Part shown: positions 12,401 to 22,786 of the stretch, piece by piece
Position numbering within the stretch: the first letter of the stretch is position 1
Layout of the letters: each line of letters opens with the position of its first letter
Source: Pseudogymnoascus verrucosus
Taxonomy: Eukaryota
Length of the DNA stretch: 64,000 nucleotides
Assembly (NCBI GenBank): GCA_001662655.1
Contig: KV460277.1
Reading direction: 5' to 3' (one strand)
Position numbers and translations under genes: made by a program
Notes under the pieces: generated by a model
Told to the model about the DNA's origin: nothing
What the model saw: only the letters and a program-made list of their open reading frames with translations
The model's database searches: none

Positions 12401-14188
12401 TGTATACTGGTTGGTGGTGGTGGTGGAGGTACGGATGATGGAGGGGGACGGGGAACAACGGAGGGGGAGGAGTATTGGTATCTCAGTTCGTTCGAGAGGA
12501 GTGCGGGTGTTGTACAGTGTAGATGTGTGTGTGTGTGTGGTACCACACCACCGCTCCTCCTACTTCCATCCCACGTCGTATCCCCCCAATCCATCCATCC
12601 TGTCATGCACTACACCACCACCACTACGTCCCTGAAAATGCACGATGACCAGTCCCACGCATTGCATCGCATCACAAAACCATCGCAACGAGACATCCCC
12701 ATCTCACACACCACACTCCGTAGCCCAGCCAAACCACCACGCCCACCCCCCATACTTCCCCACTCGATCGCCAGCCGGGAAGCCGCAGCCACCGCCGGTC
12801 CGATTCAGGGCGTGTGGACGGCGATCAATGGGGAAGTCTCGTGATCGCCGGGGGGGTGGAGGGTTGTTTGGGTAATTTGGCGGGTGTGTCTGGGGTTGGG
12901 TGCCGGCGCGGGGAGATATAGAGTAAAGTATATTAAGTTACTTGACGGCGCCGTCATCGTCGTTATTGTTCAACTGCCGGAATCCCTCCTCGGGGTGAGA
13001 AAGGGTGCTGACCTGACTTGTGCTTATTACTACACGGATTTTGTAGTATTTTCGTAACGGTCGGTCCGTTCACTAACTACCCTTGCTGACTGCAGAAGGG
13101 CGGGCAGCATGGCCGGGCGGCGGCGGCGCGGTGCGCTGCGCTGGGACGGGGGGTCCAGATCAGATCGGATCGGGCAGGGCGCGATGGTTAGGGATGTGGC
13201 TCTGTATGGCTGTGGTTGAGTTTGACTTTTTGCATAAGATTAGTTGGTGGTGGGGAGGTAAGCTGTGGCTGTGCGTGCTCCTGGGGGTTTTCAGCTGGGT
13301 TTCAGCTGAGGTACTTTCGTATTGCTTGGGGGCTACTCACAATGCTTGGTGGACCGTGAGGAGGCGAGGTTGGTTCGATTTGGTGGTATTTTCTCATGCT
13401 GACTTGGATGGGAGATCGGGGGGTAAGCGGTGGTGATGGCTTACTGTGCTGGATTCAGGGGGGGGACCAGATGGTCGGGTTTTGCTGATGGTGAGGGGGG
13501 GATTGCCTGAGGCAGGGTGAGGAGGGGGAGTGGGATAGGGGTTGGATTCTGGTCTAGTATGTTTTTATGAATTGAGCATCTTGATGATGTTGATGTTGAG
13601 TTATTGTTTCTTTAGTGTCTGTTCCTGCCGTTTCCTTCCTTTGCTTTCTCTTTCCTCAACTTGACTTCACTTTTTGCTATTTTCCGCACCTGTCTCCGTT
13701 CGTTTACAATTGTCTTTCTGTCCGCCTGAGTTGTCATTGTTCACCTCACATCTCTTTTACTCTCGCATAATCTCCGGTTTCACTTATTGCTTCTCTATTT
13801 TGATCGATATATTCTCTCTCTTTGTTACCCATATATCTGCACGTCTAACGTCCCATTATGTCTCAGGGGGGCATTTCGACCTTTGTTTCCCATATCCAGA
13901 AGCCTCGAGCTCAGTCCATATCAGTACCCACAGTTGGTATTATCACTCGTGCTGTGTAAAGGTCCTCAGGAGGGCCATAACGAATTGCCCTATCAAAGTT
14001 CTGGATTCTCAGTATAACTGTACAATTTCTACCATTTTGCTCACTGGAACACACAAATACCAAAAACACTATCTACCATGACCTTCCTTTTCCTCGGGGA
14101 TTGTTCTATGATGGCAACAGTAAGTCTATTTCCCGCCATCAACTTCTCTATTCAGAATGAGGATGTTGGAAGCCTGTTCATCTGCTGG

Positions 14189-14197
14189 CTATAAAAG
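14189..14197 (+). promoter_or_regulatory. TATA box upstream of the repeat array and SprT-like gene
   Basis: CTATAAAAG, followed by a pyrimidine-rich stretch and no ATG until 14711. Confidence 0.55.
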
Positions 14198-14275
14198 CCA
14201 CCAGCTCCTTCCTGATAAAAGTTTTTGAAGCATCAACTGCATCATTCGCAGTCTCTCTCCTACACCTCATCCTCC

Positions 14276-14682
14276 CTGCGCTGGTCGCTTTTCAGATATA
14301 TTCGATTCTTCAGTCTTTCTCTTTTGCGCTGGTCGCATTTCAGAGATATTCAATCCTTCACTACCGTCCACTGCTGTCCTTCCGTGCTTGTGCTGGTCGC
14401 ACTTTAGACAGGTCCAGATCTTCACTGCTGTCTTCTTTCCTCCTTGCGCTGGTCGCACTGCACAGACAAATTCGATTCCTCACTGCAGTCTCTCCTTCTT
14501 GTGCCGGTCACATTTCAGACAGATCCAATCCTTCGCTGCTATTTGCTTTCCTCCTTGTGCTGGTCACATTTCAGACAAATCCGGTGCTTCACTGCCTCCT
14601 TTCACTCTTGCGCTGGTCGCATTTCAGACTGATCCGACCTTGCACTGCTCTCTCTCCTTCTTGCGCTGGCCCCATTTTGGAC
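14276..14682 (+). repeat. Tandem array of 8 units (48-64 bp) with conserved core TTGYGCTGGTCRCATTTCAGA and diverged pyrimidine-rich linkers
   Basis: Cores start at 14276, 14324, 14388, 14444, 14499, 14555, 14608 and 14661. Confidence 0.93.
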
Positions 14683-14710
14683 CTGAGACGGAGATTTTCG
14701 ATCCAACAGC

Positions 14711-15709
14711 ATGTCATCTCATAAACTGCACAATGGCCAGCCACTATCCTCACATGGCTATCCCCGCCCCTACGATGACGCTTTCCATGGAAAACCGTTC
14801 TTCATGCATACTCCCAAGCGCGGATTATACTCGTATAAACCTGGACAGGTTTCATCATCTCTTGTAAGATATACAGAGGAGTTGCGCAACCCAAACCCAA
14901 AGTTAAAAAGGACGCAGAGACAGAACATACTACAGAAGCGAGGACTAAAACGATGGGAAAGCCTGGAGTCAGGAGAGCACGAGCATCTGGGGATGGAAGA
15001 ACTTCTGGTCCTCTACGCTAAATGCTTTAACGACCTTTTCTTTGGGGGAGTTCTGAGAGGCTTCTGCAAAATCAGATTCGTAGACTCTACAGCCATGGGT
15101 TCTAAGTGTACTGGGCTATGCCGCTCGGGCCGCTCATTCGAGCACAGGTTTGAAATTGATATCATGATTTCAAACAGACGACAGCACAGTTCTTTTCAGG
15201 CACAGGACCAACCATCAAAACTGAGATACTATCTCAGCGTACTGCTTCACGAAATGGTCCACGCGGTATTGGATCTGTACTGCTGCTATACATGCCGTCC
15301 GTGTATTACCAGGAGCAAAGATGAGGTTGGGATATCAGGACACAGTACATCCTGGCAAAAGTTAGCAGTCTCGATTGAGAATGTCCTCAACGAGTGCCTT
15401 AATTCAAAAGGCGCTAAGCCCTTTGATTTAAATCGGTCATACTCCTTTTTCCTGGAATTTACCGGTACTGAGGACTATAGTTGCAACAGGACCCTCCAAA
15501 AGACTCTAACAAAACGCAAATTGCTAAGCTTGAACCTGACTCCACGGACGACTCGGAAAATAAGTGGAAAGATTCAGGCCCGGGATAGGGAACGCGTTGC
15601 CGCCCGGCGTAAAGCTGCAGAGGATCTGAAGAAGGGACTGGTGGTCCCCAAAAGGGGCGTTCAGGGAGGAAGGGTGTCCAAATCAGACAGGTCCAATTCA
15701 CGCCATTGA
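14711..15709 (+). CDS. SprT-like zinc metalloprotease (HExxH), intronless, basic C-terminus
   Basis: Motifs CFNDLFFGGVL, YLSVLLHEMVHAVLDLYCC..C..C and GISGHSTSWQ match the SprT-family layout. 332 aa ORF with good start context (acagcATG). Confidence 0.8.
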   Translation: MSSHKLHNGQPLSSHGYPRPYDDAFHGKPFFMHTPKRGLYSYKPGQVSSSLVRYTEELRNPNPKLKRTQRQNILQKRGLKRWESLESGEHEHLGMEELLVLYAKCFNDLFFGGVLRGFCKIRFVDSTAMGSKCTGLCRSGRSFEHRFEIDIMISNRRQHSSFQAQDQPSKLRYYLSVLLHEMVHAVLDLYCCYTCRPCITRSKDEVGISGHSTSWQKLAVSIENVLNECLNSKGAKPFDLNRSYSFFLEFTGTEDYSCNRTLQKTLTKRKLLSLNLTPRTTRKISGKIQARDRERVAARRKAAEDLKKGLVVPKRGVQGGRVSKSDRSNSRH

Positions 15710-16433
15710 TCGGGGAAACACAGGGAGGGAGGAAAGCTGACGATCCGGGAAGACAGAGTCATCTATAACGATATATAACTATTATATCTGTAATGTCTAG
15801 ACATGATACAATATTCATTCGGACACTTTTCCAGTGCGAGACTTGCTTGTGATGTATTCCTGAATGCTGCCAATGATTGAACGAACGGCGATATCTGACA
15901 CCCAGAACGCTCCTCAGGGCGAGTATGATGCAAGGCCCAGCTGCCACTAAGCTCTTCTATTTAACATATATAATTTCACTCATAACAAAGGTCACTGGGA
16001 AGCATAATCTAAAACACATCCATCGATTTGATGTAAGGTATAGCACGAAAAACTCCATTGAGGTATACTGCTCATATTACACGACAAGCAAAAAAAAGCA
16101 AGTCCGCCCCCACAAGGCCTACATTAGCCACACCACACAACAACAGATCCCCTGGCCGCGAGCAAGTAGCCAATGCCACACTACTCCCATCCCCCATGAA
16201 ACTCCTTCGAGGCACATAGCCCATATAGTTCTGGCCCAACAAGGCACCAGTTTGGAAAGAGCAATCCCATACGCCGTCGCTTTGCTGAACTCCTCGTAAA
16301 TCATCAGAATAAAAACACAAGCCCCCTTCCTCTACTTCCTCCCACCACCCTTCGTCTCCCCTTGGTATCCCTCCCCTGATTTTGTTGTTGACAAGTAAAG
16401 AAAAGAAAATGACAGACTCGGAAGATGTGACGC

Positions 16434-17674
16434 TCAGAGGCGCTTGCCGGGGACAAAAATGAAAAGCACGCTAAGTGCAACGTCGATAAAGAGTGTGACG
16501 CCCAAGACCATGATAGATCGCTTATTAATAAGCTTGCGAATGAACGGCTCCCGGATCTTCGAGTAGCTCATCCACGCGTACTCGCTGAACCCCGTGAGAC
16601 CCATAATCGGATCCAGCGAGTACTGGTGCGAGGCGAGGGCGTACACGCCGATCGTGAAAGGGAGGATCAGCCAGCAGCGCGTCAGGCGCGACTTGTCGAG
16701 GAAGATTAAGATGAAGCCTGCCCAGAAGCCAGCGAAGAGGGCGAGAAGACCGATGATGAGACGGGTCATGGTGGAGGTTGGGACGAGGTTGCCCAGGGCC
16801 TTCATGCGCAGGAAGCCGGGGAAGGCGTCACGCTCCATGGCTTGGAAGACGTAGTCCTTGGCGGAGTCGAAGACTTCGGGGTCGTCGCGGCCGAGCTCCT
16901 CGATCGAGACGGTGATGTCGTTTGTGATGCTGTGAGGGAGGATGATCTCACGCTCGGCGCTGGGGAGGAGGTATGTGTAGAGGATCTTCTCGGCCGATTG
17001 GCGGATGTCTGAGCGGGCAACTGCGTGTGCTGGGGAGTTGGAGTCGGAGTTTGGGTCGTTGGGGCTGCTCATGAAGCTTGGGCGGGGACGCTCGTTGGAG
17101 GTTGTGTTGCGGCCTGCACTGGCTGAGACAGCTGATGACAAGCTACCCTTTGGGGAGTGGCCGTTGCGTCCTTGGGCGGCCTCTTCACGGAGGAATGCCG
17201 ACATCTGAGCATCCTGATCCTTTTCCTTTTCGGTTGAGAAATATGAGGGTCCAGCCACAGGGTGGTTCATGTCTCCAAGGCCTTCCAGGATTGCCGAAGA
17301 GCGCTTTGAACCCCCCTTCTCAAGTTCCGGGGTCCCGACAAGAATCGAGCGACGTAGTTTCCGGACATAATGGCGGCAGAGCGACATGTGCTGTGCCACA
17401 TCGAGCCTGAACAGAGTTAGACAACTTTGAACGGGAGGAACTGGCCATTGGGCTAAAGAACATACCAGAAATCCAGATAGTCGACAGATCTTTGTTGATC
17501 TCGCATGTATATGTAGAAAGAAAAGAGATCCACAGGTGGTAGAGTCCTCCGGCTAAGAACCTCAAACAGAGTAGGAAGGCGGTTCCTGTTCATGTCTGGC
17601 TCCGGCGATGGAGTGGCATTGACACCGACACCTCCTCCAGCTGGGACTGGGCTTCCCAATCTATTGTCACCCAT
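16434..17674 (-). CDS. RAX1: RGS-domain bud-site/polarity protein Rax1
   Basis: RLPTLFEVLSRRTLPPVDLFSFYIYMRDQQRSVDYLDFWLDVAQH, RDDPEVFD..KDYVFQAMERDAFPGFL, three C-terminal TM segments ending VPGKRL. Intron at 17407-17465. Confidence 0.9.
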
Positions 17675-18240
17675 AGTATTGGTTTGTAGGTTGAGGTTGA
17701 TGTGGTGTTGGATATCCTCAGTAAGGTGTGTCGTATACGAGGGGTGCGTTGTCCACGATGCTGGTATAGAGAACGGTCGCAAAGCGCAGATTGAAGGTAT
17801 AGAGTCGCAAGACCGACTCAGTAAAGAACGAGAGACACAGCTGGATGATCTATCAGATCTATCACAGCATGTCGGGGTGAGGAGTCTTGAGTTGTGATTG
17901 AAGAAACGCAGAACGAGCGCGTTGCTAGGTCGTCCTGGTCAATTTCATGAAACTTGCACTAAGGGGGCTGGATCGGGGACCTTAAATTACGATCGCCTGA
18001 GGCATCAAGACCCTGACGACACAGACTCCCAAAGCCGCACCCACAAAAACGGCGCCAGACCATAAAAATTCGCTAAAGTCTTGGCACGCACATTCACAAC
18101 TTTCCAAACTTTCAACCTCTCGTGCCAGTATCACGACTCCTCAATCGACAAATCGCGACCACCTTCAGTAAGACTTTCTGTCCCAGAGAATCGTGCGCAT
18201 CAAGCGCATTTTGATCTATCAATACTGATACTTTATAGCC

Positions 18241-18826
18241 ATGTCGACGACCACCAAGAAGACGGGCAAGACCCAGCGCTCTGCCATCGCCGACGTTGTC
18301 GCGCGCGAGTACACCATCCACCTTCACAAGAGAGTATGTTCGATCTATAACACACCGATCTGATGGGAAGGGTGATGGAATAGAGCAGAAATGCTAATTA
18401 TTCTTTTCACAGCTCCATGGTGTCTCGTTCAAGAAGCGTGCACCAAAGGCCATCAAGGAGATCAAGGCTTTCGCAACCAAGTCCATGGTACGATATCCCC
18501 ACACCACATGAACGGGCAGAGACCTGGGATAAGGGAATGGGTTACTGACAAGTTTTACGCATGCAGGGCACCACCGATGTCCGTCTTGACCCTCAATTAA
18601 ACAAGAAGGTCTGGGAGGCTGGTATCAAGGGATGCCCATACAGACTCCGCGTCCGCATCTCGCGCAAGGTTAGTTTTCAAGCTTCAGCACTACAACACAG
18701 CAGTAATTAATGTCTATTTAGCGTAACGATGAGGAAGGAGCTACCGAGCGCTTGTACAGCTACGTTCAGGCCGTCAACGTCAAGAGCGCCAAGGGTCTTC
18801 AGACCGCTCTTGTTGAGGATGCTTAG
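18241..18826 (+). CDS. RPL31: 60S ribosomal protein L31 (eL31)
   Basis: Spliced ..[76 protein letters not shown]... Three coding introns plus a probable 5'UTR intron at 18168-18238. Confidence 0.96.
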
Positions 18827-19082
18827 ATGTATGTTCGTGGGAGGGCGCGGGACCTGGAGTTAGCATTATGCTACGGCAGCAAATGACATGTGCTTCTTTT
18901 CCCTCGATTTTTACTTGCATTGTGATGCTCCATGGAAGTTTTATATCACCACTTATATGTCCTCCGCCATCAAGCCGAGTTGCGTGAGAAATACCGCCTG
19001 TCGTCGAACCTGCCAAAGCTGGAGACTGGATATGGCATGTCCTGTGCATGAACCACCAAAGCGGGAGACTGCATATTACACG

Positions 19083-19268
19083 TCTTTTGCACGAACTTCA
19101 CTGTCTTATATATGTCTACGCCTACGACGAGGGGATTTCTCAGTATGCTCCAGTAAACTTAAAGATCTCTCCTGGGAATCTCTTGTGCACAAACTTCACT
19201 GCCTTCTACCTCTACGATAAGGGGATTTCTTAATATGCCCTAGTAAACTTAAATCTCTCCTGGGAATC
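19083..19268. repeat. Imperfect tandem duplication (~90-100 bp, 2 copies) between the RPL31 and UBC11 3' ends
   Basis: gcac(g/a)aacttcactg..ctacga..aggggatttct..agtaaacttaaa..tctctcctgggaatc occurs at 19083-19180 and 19181-19268. Confidence 0.85.
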
Positions 19269-19500
19269 ATCGTTTCATTATCCGTAGCCCACCATCCGCA
19301 TATCTATGCCCCAAGCCCAACCCAGTACTCCACCTCTCCCTGCGTTTCCAAATGCGTCGCTATGAGAAGGGTATTATGGCCCAAGCGGTGGCCAATCAGT
19401 GATAATGCATCTAACTTCCACCAGCAATGCCAGTGCTGGTCTCCGAGGCGCAAAAATTATACAAGCCCCTTTATTAAAGCTATGTCCTCCGGCCCCTCAT

Positions 19501-20138
19501 CTACTCGTCATCAATATCCACGTGGCGGGCAGTGACCTTTTTCTGAAACTCTGCTGGGTCTTTGTCCCATAGCTCGGCAGCTTCACCGTTTAATGGCGAT
19601 GCACTGCACTAAATTAGTATCCTTTGGCTGATGAGCGCGGTGAAAGACATACTTGTTTGGCTCGCCAAGCAAACTCTGGAGACTCAGGAGTACAGTCTGG
19701 ATGTTGTATGCCGCCGTCCACTTATCCTTGAGGATATCGAGACAGATCCTGCCCGAGAAGTCGACATTTGGGTGGTAGATGGGCGTCTTGAAGAGAACTG
19801 TGGGAGGGGCGTATGGGTAGTTGGATGGGAAGGCAAACGACAGCTTGAGGCTCAGGTTGGCGTATGGCGTGTCGTCTGGGCCCTCAATCGTTGCAGTCCA
19901 GGATAGCAGGTCTCCATCAGCGGAGGGGAATGCTGAGATCCCTGGGGCCGAGGATGTCATGAGCTGCATGAGCTCTGTTTGAAGTCTAAAATTGTTAGTA
20001 GCGCAACTTGGTCTCTGGAATGGAGTAAATAAACCTCTTCGTCGTGCTTACGGCGTCTGGTCCACGCCTTGCCGCAGCCGGCTTTCCACTCGGCACTGAG
20101 CCTGGTGCTGTGTTTTGGGAATCCATCTCGAAATTCAT
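19501..20138 (-). CDS. UBC11: Ubiquitin-conjugating enzyme E2-C (UBE2C/Ubc11)
   Basis: [68 protein letters not shown]. Introns at 19986-20034 and 19604-19652. Confidence 0.93.
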
Positions 20139-20604
20139 GGTATAGGAAGCAATCAAGGAAGGCAGCGTCGAAGCTTAAATGGCGTCGGTACAATGAACAA
20201 AGAACGTCAGTTATGAAATCAGAATTGCCAGAAGCAGCTTCAAGCAACCAAAAGTGCAATTGTTAAAAAGGAATGGCGATTATGAAGAGCAAGAGTGAGT
20301 AATATATCGTTAGGAATCGTGCGTTTTAACACTTCGCCGCCATATGTTTACACTGGAACCCGTTGCCCTCCAGCAACGGGTCCAACCCGCGCTAGCGCGA
20401 GAGTTTACTGGGCCTAATGCACGTAATAAGGCTGCATCACCTGCTTTCGCGAACCGTTGACGCGATCTTCGTCCCGCATGAAACGTGCACGCGACAATAA
20501 CAAAGATTATTGGGCGTGAGGCGTTTTGGTAAGTTTGATACAATTCCGAGTTGGATACAATCTTTGGATACAATCTTCGGATTTCTCATACAGGCGCCAT
20601 CAGT

Positions 20605-22370
20605 ATGGTAAGCTGCGCACCGTATATATTTCTCTCCATGGGCAACTTGAGGATGTTCAAGGACGATGGCTGATAACAATATCCCCTTCCAGTCCCAACT
20701 CGATCCGCTGCCAGCAGATCTGCCCTTTCGCATTGTATCAAAAACAATCGGACGAGGGGCATATGCTTCGTATGTTCTGAACAATTGCACCCTTTGTTTT
20801 GCAAGACATGTCTAACAAGAGACACAGGATTAAAAAGGCTATCCCGCCAACGACCACCAACCCAGTCTTCGCCGTCAAGTTCATTCACAAGACCTACGCC
20901 GTCAAACATGGCCGGATATCAGCTAAGCAGATTGCGATGGAGGTGTCCCTTCACTCGCATGTCGGACAACACCCCAATATTATAGAGTGGTTTGCAACCG
21001 GCGAGGATTCGATATGGAGGTGGATCGCTATGGAATATGCCTCTGGAGGCGACCTATTCGACAAGATTGAGGCAGATGTTGGAGTCAGCGAAGATATTGC
21101 ACACTTTTATTTTCTCCAGCTCATAAGTGGAATTGGCTACATGCACTCAAAGGGCGTCAGCCACCGCGATATCAAACCGGAGAACATCCTCCTCTCTGAG
21201 AATGGTGACTTGAAGATAGCGGATTTTGGCCTCGCAACCCTTTTCGAGTACCAGGGAAAGACGAAGCTAGCCACGACAATGTGTGGAAGCCCCCCATATA
21301 TCGCCCCGGAAGTCATAAGTTGTGCGAGAACTACAGATCCGAGGACCCGTGCCTCCAAGGGCAGCGGCTATGCGGCGGATTTGGTGGATCTCTGGTCTTG
21401 CGGTGTTGTGCTTTTCGTTCTTCTCGTAGGCAACACACCCTGGGATGAACCGACTGCTTCATCTTGGGAATTCAATGAGTACGCCGCGAATAGTACTGCG
21501 AGCGCCGACAGTCTTTGGGAGAGGCTCCCTTCGTCCACTCTGTCTCTTTTACGCGGCATGATGAGCATCGACACCACCAAGCGCTTCTCTCTCGAAATGA
21601 TTCGGAGGCATCCTTGGTATACGCGGAAGAACCCATTGCTTACTCCTGAAGGCAGGATGGCTGATCCTCTTGGCATGGCAGCTAAGATGTTGGAGAACCT
21701 CCATATTGACTTCAGCCAGCAACCAGCAGCCTCCCAAAGGCAGTCCCAGTATAACCACGACAAAATGGATGTCGACTCTTCAGAGGCGGTACGCAAGGTA
21801 TCGTCCTCGCAACCGGATACACCGATAAGCGACCCCTTCTTCGAGTTGGAGCGCCCTGTTCGTGTTTCTGCAGTCGCCGCCAGCCAGCCAGTGTCCAACA
21901 ATACTGTCCCAGGACATTACTTGCCGCCGAACTCCTCGCTCGCAGATGAGCCTTCGATGTCTCAATTTACTTCTGTGCCAACGGTATCGCTGTCATTGAC
22001 ACAGCACGCGCGTCGTTTCCAGGATATTGTTCCCGCATACTCGCTCACGCGGTTCTTCTCTCACGTTTCTCCCGCTTTACTGGCTGGCCTTCTTGGGGCG
22101 GCGCTTCATACACTCAATATCCCGACTCCATCGCCACCTGTTTGTGAAAACCAAGAGACAGTGTCATGGATAAAAGTGAAGACAACAGATGGAAGAGGCT
22201 GTAGCCTGAACGGAGACATTCTGGTAGAAAGATATGACGGTGGATCAGAGGTTGGGCAACTGCTAGAGGTCAGGTTTGTGAAGATCAAGGGTGATCCGCT
22301 GGAGTGGAGAAGGCTCTTCAAGAATGTCGTGATACTATGTAAAGATGGGGTTTATGTGCCTGGTGGCTAA
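20605..22370 (+). CDS. CHK1: Checkpoint Ser/Thr kinase Chk1
   Basis: ATG|intron 20608-20692|SQLDPLPADLPFRIVSKTIGRGAYAS|intron 20770-20828|IKKA.. with HRDIKPEN, DFG, CGSPPYIAPE and the Chk1 C-terminal motifs LTRFFS and KGDPLEWRRLFK. Confidence 0.93.
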
Positions 22371-22786
22371 GGGGCGAGCGAAATGAATTTTATTGATGGC
22401 ATGGTTGGAGTTGGATAACGCGCTTGGACATTGGGCTTTGATAGATGTTAATTGTCATCTGGAACGGAGGCTCCAGAACAATAGAGTCTTCGGAATTTGG
22501 TTTCATTCACCATTTACCAGTGTTCCTGCGTTTCAGTGCATAGAATTTACTATAATGAAACAGAAGGGAATAACAGTGCGTAAGATATGTTTTGAGGGTA
22601 TCAGTTCTGGTCAGTACTCAGTAGAGTAGAGTTCTGTTGAACCCTTGTTCCGAGTAAAAATCGAATGTCAAAATATACGCGAGGCTCATGACAAGGCTAC
22701 CATCTTGTCACCTGGCTGGACCATCCGACCAAAGACATCCCTCTCTCGTATTTCCTGACACAAGATTCCACACGGTTCGAAGCAAA

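Noticed and set aside
8400..13440. Many short ORFs, including hydrophobic-looking 9044..9616
   Set aside because: They are translations of simple repeats and compositional bias, with no recognisable motifs.
14276..14682. True CRISPR array
   Set aside because: Eukaryotic context with no cas genes. The repeats are degenerate and the linkers are homologous to each other, so it is reported as a repeat array instead.
14225..14867. ORFs 14225..14407, 14388..14867 and 14444..14632 as repeat proteins
   Set aside because: They have non-ATG starts, and the repeat periods shift frame between units.
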